A stretch of 64,000 nucleotides of DNA from a virus (lineage: Duplodnaviria > Caudoviricetes), in the IMG/VR virus record IMGVR_UViG_3300009031_000221, positions 64,001 to 128,000 of that record; one strand, 5' to 3'. A program made the translations under genes and the position numbers. Every line of letters starts with the position of its first letter. The stretch's first letter is position 1. Below are positions 57,403 to 64,000 of this stretch, piece after piece. A model generated the notes under the pieces. The model saw only the letters and a list, made by a program, of their open reading frames with translations. It was not told the DNA's origin and did not search any database.

Positions 57403-58632
57403 TCAGGACAGGACAGTGCCGTCGTCGTCATAGACCGTCACTAGACGGGATGCCGTTGTCGTATCAAAAGACGTGAACCCACTCAGATTGTAGGGGAAGT
57501 GAGGAATTACGTTGCTTGTAGGCCACATGGTCACAGGCCCCGTAAGTACATCCAGTTGCCCACTAACCAAAGAGGCCACAACCGCATCAATGTTGTATGT
57601 GTGACGAATGCCTGCTACTTCACGATTCTCAATCCCACCGCCAATGGCGCTAGGCTTGACCTCGCCGTACTGCATCGTATCACCACCAACCAATACAGGT
57701 TGCGTAAACCCACCAAAGGGCCCAGCCGTGCCTGCCCACTTGAACGTAGGGTAGGTAGAATCCATGTAATAATTCAACGTGCCCGTCAGGGTCGTTTGCG
57801 GAATGCGGTAAGTACGTCCTGCAAGGATTGCAAGAATATCGGCTACCGACCCACGCGATCCAGAAGTGTCCGTTGTGCCCGTGAGGTCTGCCCCTACAAG
57901 GGCTGCCAATTCGCCATTGGCGTCTGACAACGTAAACGTCAAGCCTGTGTCTACACGTGCCAGAAATGCCGCGCATAATGCGGTCTGAAGTGCCTTCGTC
58001 CAGGTCTCATGTGTACGAGTCATCCGGGTACCCGACAACGTGACGTGGGCTGCCAAAGAATTAGCCAAAGCCATATTCCCAGCCCAACCCGTCAACGTAA
58101 GCCCTGCACCATAACGAGCAACCAAAGTCACTGTAGGCGAAGCCCCTGCAGCAAATGCATAGGATCCGGAAATCGTACCCAATTCCATCAATCCGACGGA
58201 TACGGGATCATTAATGGTTGCAATCAATGATGCATGCGTAGCAGCAATGCTACCACCAGGGCTAGTAACCGAAGAGAATGTCTGAGCAGCGGCGACTTCC
58301 GCACCAAAGTTTACTGCAGAGAACACGACACCATTAATGGTTACGGTTTCGCCCGTTGCAAGCCCTGCCAGAATCGTAATCGACCCTGCAGCCTGCTCAA
58401 TGCCGCCAATTTCTACGTTGTCGATCAGGTAGCTCGCAAGCCCGTCGTGATACGTGGCATCTAACGTTCCTACCGAGTTGACCATCACAGGAGTCGTCTT
58501 GGCACGGTTGACATACCGTGTTTCGCCAGGAGGGCTCAATGATGGAATCCTCTGTGAAGAATTGGGGAGAAGATCCAGAATCTGGAGGACGCCGTCGGGA
58601 ACGTCACTACGTGCTAGACAGATGTACGGCAT
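57403..58632 (-). CDS. Putative virion protein, paralog triplet member 1 (with extra inserted domain)
   Basis: YICLARSDV...LQILDLLPNSSQRIPSL, ILAILAGRTYRIP, LVTVYDDDG; start re-called at ATG 58632. Confidence 0.65.
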   Translation of the reverse strand: MPYICLARSDVPDGVLQILDLLPNSSQRIPSLSPPGETRYVNRAKTTPVMVNSVGTLDATYHDGLASYLIDNVEIGGIEQAAGSITILAGLATGETVTINGVVFSAVNFGAEVAAAQTFSSVTSPGGSIAATHASLIATINDPVSVGLMELGTISGSYAFAAGASPTVTLVARYGAGLTLTGWAGNMALANSLAAHVTLSGTRMTRTHETWTKALQTALCAAFLARVDTGLTFTLSDANGELAALVGADLTGTTDTSGSRGSVADILAILAGRTYRIPQTTLTGTLNYYMDSTYPTFKWAGTAGPFGGFTQPVLVGGDTMQYGEVKPSAIGGGIENREVAGIRHTYNIDAVVASLVSGQLDVLTGPVTMWPTSNVIPHFPYNLSGFTSFDTTTASRLVTVYDDDGTVLS

Positions 58633-58712
58633 TGCCAACCTCGCTATTGCATGGGCGGATGATTCAGCATCCTCTACTCACATTAGGCTACGTATAAGGG
58701 AACTATTCAGCC

Positions 58713-59546
58713 TTAGGCCTCCCGGCCCACAACCCCATCGATGGAGAAGCTGCATCCTACACCAGCACCACTCATTGCCACGATGAACTCATTCACACCC
58801 GGCAAAGAATAACCGCCACCGGTCGGAATAACCTCACCCCCCAAAGCCGCCACAGGAATCATAGGCATCCCCATACCAAAACTAACTAGAAGGGTCTTGT
58901 CGGCGCTTGTGTTGCGGACAGTTACGGATGCCATTGGAAACGGCATTGTAATATGCATTGGCAAGGGCTTCTGCATTGTAGTATCGAATACAGGAGCAAA
59001 CCCTGCCTCGCAATCCGATCCCGCAGGAGCTAATCCTGCTAGAGATATAACACCCGCGGCACGCCCATAAAATGTTGGCGGCGGCACCACCAGAATTGGC
59101 CCCATGTAAGGCATGTCAGCATTGTTCGGCGCCAGAGGCGGCACAGCCAACCAGCCGCTAGGCCCACGTTGTTCCTGAATACGGGCGAATAGGTATTCCT
59201 CATCCGAAGGAACCTCGGGTAGGTTAGGCGGGATGGGAACGATATAGTCATTCACATCAAACATGAAGCTAGTTTGATCCCGACGAACTTCCGCGATACC
59301 CGCCCAACCTTTGCGAATAATAGTAGGAGATGCCACCAATTTCTTGGATTTTGCATCCATGATGTTCAATCCACCACTACCTGTCAACCCGCTACCTGTC
59401 ATTGTCCCATAGGCATCATTGAGTGTACGAGACACCCACAACCGATAAGCCGAAGCCGAAGGGTCATTGCGTACAATGAGATCGATGAGATGTGTCGAAC
59501 GTTGCAATATGCCCGGTCGAATGCTGAATGGTCCGTAAATACTCAT
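58713..59546 (-). CDS. Hypothetical (probably virion) protein
   Basis: 277 aa, beta-rich composition, ATGA-coupled to the upstream gene. Confidence 0.65.
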   Translation of the reverse strand: MSIYGPFSIRPGILQRSTHLIDLIVRNDPSASAYRLWVSRTLNDAYGTMTGSGLTGSGGLNIMDAKSKKLVASPTIIRKGWAGIAEVRRDQTSFMFDVNDYIVPIPPNLPEVPSDEEYLFARIQEQRGPSGWLAVPPLAPNNADMPYMGPILVVPPPTFYGRAAGVISLAGLAPAGSDCEAGFAPVFDTTMQKPLPMHITMPFPMASVTVRNTSADKTLLVSFGMGMPMIPVAALGGEVIPTGGGYSLPGVNEFIVAMSGAGVGCSFSIDGVVGREA

Positions 59547-59914
59547 GATGATCCCTCTTGCCGTATCTGCGATTCGTAGCTTGACGTGTCTTTGCCCTTG
59601 CTAGCCGCCAGTCTCTGTGCTTCCGCCCAACTATCGACTTCTTCCCCACCCACATTAGGCACCATACGTTGCCCTACGGGGATATCACGGGACTTGGCAT
59701 CCAGGCGGCGATTCTTATCCGCCATTTGACCCTGAATCCGAATATTCTTCCCAGGCCAACCATCCCCAGCCAGGACAAAACTTGGGGATGCCATTGTTCG
59801 CTTGGTTCCCCCCTGACACTCAGGGCATACCTGGGGATTTGTATAATCAGTCAAACGGAGCACCCGTTCAAATTCGTGGTGGCAAGAATCGCACTTGAAC
59901 CCATATGTAGGCAT
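59543..59914 (-). CDS. FmdB-family zinc-ribbon protein (second copy)
   Basis: MPTYGFKCDSC...CPEC...PSFVLAGDGW; GGAGG SD. Confidence 0.8.
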   Translation of the reverse strand: MPTYGFKCDSCHHEFERVLRLTDYTNPQVCPECQGGTKRTMASPSFVLAGDGWPGKNIRIQGQMADKNRRLDAKSRDIPVGQRMVPNVGGEEVDSWAEAQRLAASKGKDTSSYESQIRQEGSS

Positions 59915-59916
59915 AG

Positions 59917-61761
59917 TCAGAACCTCCGGCCTTCAAGATACCGCGATGCCACCCGAACCGACATGCCCAACTCAGGGATTACTTCTCCCCCCGACAATAA
60001 TGTATCAGCCAGAAAATGGAGCGATGCTGTCTTGGGATTACTCCGATCAGGCGTCACAAATGTCCGTACCTTCTGCAGCACCGCAACAACATGTTTGCAT
60101 GCCCAGTGTTTCCCATTCGGATCCTTGCTATCGGGTTTTGATGCCGTGCCCGCAGGGCGCCCATACAGATAACCGTTTTTCTGTGCCCAGTGTTCCGCAC
60201 CCTGCCACTTCCAGAACGGGCATGAACATGAAACCTGCACATCCATCTTGTCTAGATTGCTTACCTTGCCTTGTGCTACTGCCTTGACCCGCACCTTGTA
60301 AGTCCCCTCGGAACCCGGCACGTCAAACATCCACATCATATTTGCGGCATCTACACGGCGCATCTTGATGGATATACTGCGAGCTTTATCGTGAATATCC
60401 TGCGATGTTTTCTCCAGGATTTCCGAAATACGGGCGGCTTCCTTGAAAGTCCTATCATTCTTGTTCTCAAAATCATGCCCTTCAGGAATGACCTTCGCGG
60501 AACCGGGGTTGTCCCATACATAACCTAGATCCTGATCAGGCCCGTGCTCATGCCGGGGAGCCGTAGGAAGCTTCATACCACGGTCATACCGTTGACTAGG
60601 TTCCATCTGTGGGGGCTGCTTGTCATAAAGCATTTCCGCCCAACGATCCGCAACCCGGACGCTGGCCTCCTTTTGTTCCTCCCGCCATTCCTTCTGCCTC
60701 TCACCGGGCTGTCGATAACCCGCAGGCTGTCGTTCAAACCGCTTTGGGCTATCATCCCGACGATCCTTATCCTTGGCATATGCAGGATTATGCTGATATT
60801 TCCTTTGCCACCGCTTGACCTTCTTAAGGATCTGTCCGTGATGCTTTCGATAATACTTCTGATAATAGCGCTTCACAACCCCCGCTTGTTCCTTCTGCTT
60901 GGGATACGGATATGTCGGGCCTTTTACAGCGCCCTTGAGACTTCGAGGCCCCTCATGGTGATATCCAGTGCTATTGTCTATCCAAGGATGTTCATCCCCG
61001 CCAGGAATCCCTAACGTTCGTTGACGATCAATGGATAGGCTTTTACCATCCAATGCGTCCTCCGATCCAGGCGGGGTATTGAATTCATTTTTCCCTGATG
61101 GTTTGCTACGTTCCCACGGAGGAGATGGGAGTACTTGTTGCTTCTCAGAATCCCCCATCTTTTCGTCGGAAGGCATGCTAGGGAATGATGAAGGTGTGGG
61201 GTCTTTGACGAATGTCTGATAACCTGCTAGGTCATCGGTTTGGTAACCCGCTACAACGCAAGTGCCGGGCTTCGCCTTTGGATCAGGCTTCCCCTTGTAA
61301 TACGTTGTGATTAATTTCACTTGCCAAGGCCCGTCACTCCTAAAGATAACCGTCAGCCCTGTCTTACGGTCAAACCATTCGATAGGTTCCCCACGGGCTA
61401 GCATGTTGGCGTGATCTTGGTATTCGAAATCCTTCTGTGACTTCCAGTCATTCAATTGCTTCAAGAAAGCTGCCATCGCCATTCGCAATTTGTCTACCGT
61501 AACAGATCGGAAATCCATTCGATAAGATGCATGCGGCCCGATGATTATTTGTTTGAATGGCCCTACACCCTGTTCTACATCAATATCGTAAACCTTGGAC
61601 GCATCTGGGTTACTCAATTCCTTATTGCGTTCTACCAAATCAACAAGCAAATCCTCTTCACGCTGATTATCAACCTCATCCCGAATACGGCGAATCACAT
61701 GACAAGGCCCGCCCGGTTGCCCAAGAGGAGGATTCAAATCCGATTTCCTTGTCGTATTCAT
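59917..61761 (-). CDS. Multidomain protein: possible RelE/DUF4258-like RNase domain, basic region, SWIM-type Zn finger
   Basis: HASYRMDFRSV...LITTYY; K/R/Y-rich segment; CSCPFW...CKHVVAVL. Confidence 0.55.
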   Translation of the reverse strand: MNTTRKSDLNPPLGQPGGPCHVIRRIRDEVDNQREEDLLVDLVERNKELSNPDASKVYDIDVEQGVGPFKQIIIGPHASYRMDFRSVTVDKLRMAMAAFLKQLNDWKSQKDFEYQDHANMLARGEPIEWFDRKTGLTVIFRSDGPWQVKLITTYYKGKPDPKAKPGTCVVAGYQTDDLAGYQTFVKDPTPSSFPSMPSDEKMGDSEKQQVLPSPPWERSKPSGKNEFNTPPGSEDALDGKSLSIDRQRTLGIPGGDEHPWIDNSTGYHHEGPRSLKGAVKGPTYPYPKQKEQAGVVKRYYQKYYRKHHGQILKKVKRWQRKYQHNPAYAKDKDRRDDSPKRFERQPAGYRQPGERQKEWREEQKEASVRVADRWAEMLYDKQPPQMEPSQRYDRGMKLPTAPRHEHGPDQDLGYVWDNPGSAKVIPEGHDFENKNDRTFKEAARISEILEKTSQDIHDKARSISIKMRRVDAANMMWMFDVPGSEGTYKVRVKAVAQGKVSNLDKMDVQVSCSCPFWKWQGAEHWAQKNGYLYGRPAGTASKPDSKDPNGKHWACKHVVAVLQKVRTFVTPDRSNPKTASLHFLADTLLSGGEVIPELGMSVRVASRYLEGRRF

Positions 61762-62163
61762 TCAGATCCCCTTTGGAGGGTTTTTCGCCATGTACCGAGT
61801 AGCTACTCGTTGTGTCATAGACGAATGCTTCACCTGTGAAGTGCCAAATGCAGACTCGACTGCCTCATCAACCAATGTTTTCTCGGATAGAGGAAGGCGT
61901 GCCTCCAGGAACTCGACACCCATCTTGGACAGTGCCAAACCTGTTCGATCTAATGCAATTTCTAAAGCATCCATTCGCCGTGGAAGTGCTTCTACTACAT
62001 CCCCCGCAATCTGATAGATGTGTTCCTTGTGCTCTGAAGCCTCGACCAGCTTCATAACCCGTGCAACCAAATGCTGAATACGGTGTGTTTCAAGCCGGGC
62101 TCGGGTCACCCCTTCAGTTAGGAGTGCCCAAGCCGCTTGACTACTTGCATTCTTGGATTGCAT
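61762..62163 (-). CDS. Hypothetical helical protein
   Basis: Start re-called at ATG 62163 (GAGGAG SD); ends in RVATRY motif. Confidence 0.65.
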   Translation of the reverse strand: MQSKNASSQAAWALLTEGVTRARLETHRIQHLVARVMKLVEASEHKEHIYQIAGDVVEALPRRMDALEIALDRTGLALSKMGVEFLEARLPLSEKTLVDEAVESAFGTSQVKHSSMTQRVATRYMAKNPPKGI

Positions 62164-62244
62164 CAACAACTCCTCTAGGGGAAGCCGAAATAGCGACTAT
62201 CCTATTGGAGAACCGTCAATCAAAGAACTATCGGAAAGACGGGA

Positions 62245-63291
62245 TTACTTCTTGGCGAGGGATGCCCGAATGTGACTTACGACACCAGGGTCTTCTACCT
62301 CGATGATCTGACGAAGAGCATTAGGATCATTGCCATACTCGTCCATAGCGCGCTTGGCCCGGACACGCCAATGATCAGATTTATCCCATGCGATCCGTGC
62401 TACGCCATGTGCGTCTTCCTTCACAAGACCTGCACGGGGCTTACTTGGAGATACAGCATCCGGCAGAAGGTCTGCCAAGTCATCCCCGGTGATGGTTTCA
62501 TTCACGTCCCCAGTCGCCCCAGAACGATGATTCTGGTTGATAGGCGTGCCACCCTCGGCATCCTCATTTGCACGCGACAGCGCGGCAACCTTGATGACCT
62601 TGAGCCCGCCACCCTTCTGTGAATCCAGATTCTGGATTTCACGAGCTACGCTATCGACGCTATCCTTGATAATGACCGTCTTCTTGGTCGCAGATGAAAG
62701 GCGTGCTACAGGACGCCCGCCCTGTTCATGGCTGTCATCAGCTACGATAGGCTCTTGCTTACCCTGCTTCTTAGGAGGACCAACCTGCGATCCTTCCTTG
62801 GAACCCCGGAATTCATACTCCGTTGGCATTTCATCATGCACAACTTCATACTTCCGCTTCGCAGGTTCCGCAACCTCTACTCGTGCCTGAGGACGAGGTG
62901 TGGACTGCTGAACTGCAGGGTTCTGTTCCTCGAGCGCTGCGGCACGCTTTGCATTCGATCCCGCCAACGTTCCAACCTCATGCTCATCATCCTGAGCCGC
63001 TTCAATGGTCATTGCCTGACCACGTTCCTGATGTGCAGAAGTGGAAGGTCGGACCTGAACGCCCGCAGGCTTCGGGATGTATTGACTGATATTGTCCGCA
63101 ATCGGGACAAGCCAACCTAGTTTGATGGCCCCCGCAATAGACGGAATGTTGTGCGTCTGTCCGCCTATCTTGACATTCGAACCGTCATACTCGACAACGG
63201 ATCCCTTGACAATGTCTTGATTAATGCTCCCCAAATGAACTTTGGTTGTGGCACGAAACTGCTGAAACTGTCCTGGTACAAATTCTTCCAT
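62245..63291 (-). CDS. Hypothetical protein (small N-terminal domain plus charged low-complexity region)
   Basis: Start re-called at MEEFVPG (GGAGGG SD). Confidence 0.65.
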   Translation of the reverse strand: MEEFVPGQFQQFRATTKVHLGSINQDIVKGSVVEYDGSNVKIGGQTHNIPSIAGAIKLGWLVPIADNISQYIPKPAGVQVRPSTSAHQERGQAMTIEAAQDDEHEVGTLAGSNAKRAAALEEQNPAVQQSTPRPQARVEVAEPAKRKYEVVHDEMPTEYEFRGSKEGSQVGPPKKQGKQEPIVADDSHEQGGRPVARLSSATKKTVIIKDSVDSVAREIQNLDSQKGGGLKVIKVAALSRANEDAEGGTPINQNHRSGATGDVNETITGDDLADLLPDAVSPSKPRAGLVKEDAHGVARIAWDKSDHWRVRAKRAMDEYGNDPNALRQIIEVEDPGVVSHIRASLAKK

Positions 63292-63354
63292 AATCCCTCC
63301 GCGCTCAGCGCGTTCTTGTTCGCTATACGTTACCAACTAGATAACGAATTGTTG

Positions 63355-63738
63355 TCACGATGGCTTTGTGGGTTCGCCCCACAGGATTGCACCCCATTTC
63401 GGGGTGTCTCCGGGAACCTCTATGATGCATAGTTCCTTGAATATAACCCCTTCATTTGGGCCAGGATTCCAATGCAAAGTTCCTGGAGTCGCATGACTAG
63501 TCATTACCCCGGCATTCGGAGGGTCTAGCACTTCCGATGCCAAAACCTGCACGGATGGATATCCATCCCGAATTGGAACCTCTACCCGATTCCCATCAAC
63601 TCCACACTTACGGCCACTCAAATAAGTTACCCTACTACCGTGTGGAACCGTCACCCAATTATCGCTACCTGATCGGTAGGATACGGTAACACCTGAGTTA
63701 GACAGCTTTTCGCGTAATTTGTCAACAATTGTTTGCAT
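63355..63738 (-). CDS. Hypothetical protein
   Basis: Start re-called at MQTIVDK (GGGAGG SD). Confidence 0.6.
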   Translation of the reverse strand: MQTIVDKLREKLSNSGVTVSYRSGSDNWVTVPHGSRVTYLSGRKCGVDGNRVEVPIRDGYPSVQVLASEVLDPPNAGVMTSHATPGTLHWNPGPNEGVIFKELCIIEVPGDTPKWGAILWGEPTKPS

Positions 63739-63772
63739 ACGGGCCTCCCATTTGGGAAATACTATACCCGTA

Positions 63773-63964
63773 TCACAATGATGTCTGAACACCCAGGTAA
63801 TAATTGTTTGATGCCTTGGGAACCTGAGCTACGAATCCTGTAAAGAAATCCGGCGCATATGGTGCAAGTGTGATGGATGCTTCATCTTCATTTGTCCACC
63901 ACCCCCGTAGAGAAAAGTACAAGATCTGATTGGGGTTATAGACGATAGGAACTAACGGTCCCAT
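63773..63964 (-). CDS. Small hypothetical protein
   Basis: 63-aa ORF co-oriented with neighbours; weak SD. Confidence 0.45.
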   Translation of the reverse strand: MGPLVPIVYNPNQILYFSLRGWWTNEDEASITLAPYAPDFFTGFVAQVPKASNNYYLGVQTSL

Positions 63965-64000
63965 TTGCCGACTCGCATAGGTGTACCGTTCATAGGTTCG

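Noticed and set aside
1-64000. Integrase, transposase, DGR, inteins, rRNA
   Set aside because: No recombinase, transposase or reverse-transcriptase motifs, TR/VR pairs, intein termini or rRNA signatures were recognised.

Overview
This 64 kb window (GC roughly 50-55%, standard genetic code) looks like part of a jumbo myovirus-type phage genome. It has no capsid, terminase or polymerase gene. About 43 kb (1-43.5 kb, all minus strand) is a contractile-tail and neck operon: a 3,723-aa baseplate/fibre-like protein, spike, hub with a lysozyme-like domain, two tube initiators, tape measure, two chaperones, tube, a 1,770-aa sheath, neck proteins and a possible spanin-like pair. An accessory island at 43.6-50.7 kb carries thyX, a NADAR-like gene, an ADP-ribosylglycohydrolase, an SLX1-like GIY-YIG nuclease, an RNase II/R catalytic domain fused to two dsRBDs, and small genes. 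From 50.7 to 64 kb (minus) are head-associated or unknown genes, a tandem paralog triplet and homing-endonuclease-like genes. The most interesting signals are absent from the ORF track. (1) A roughly 300-nt stand-alone transcription unit at 49.8-50.1 kb holds two tandem micro-ORFs that both encode RRKRSARAPP; their 7 nucleotide differences over these 10 codons are all synonymous, and each is followed at identical spacing by a UAAC-loop hairpin. RAPP is a known ribosome-arrest motif. (2) A roughly 175-nt highly structured non-coding RNA candidate lies at 45.14-45.31 kb. (3) A four-copy promoter motif, G(A/G)CTTACTT-N13-CGTAG(A/T), points into both elements and into the operon ending in the RNB-dsRBD gene, suggesting an RNA/translation-centred phage regulon. 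All family assignments come from motifs recognised by eye, not from database searches.
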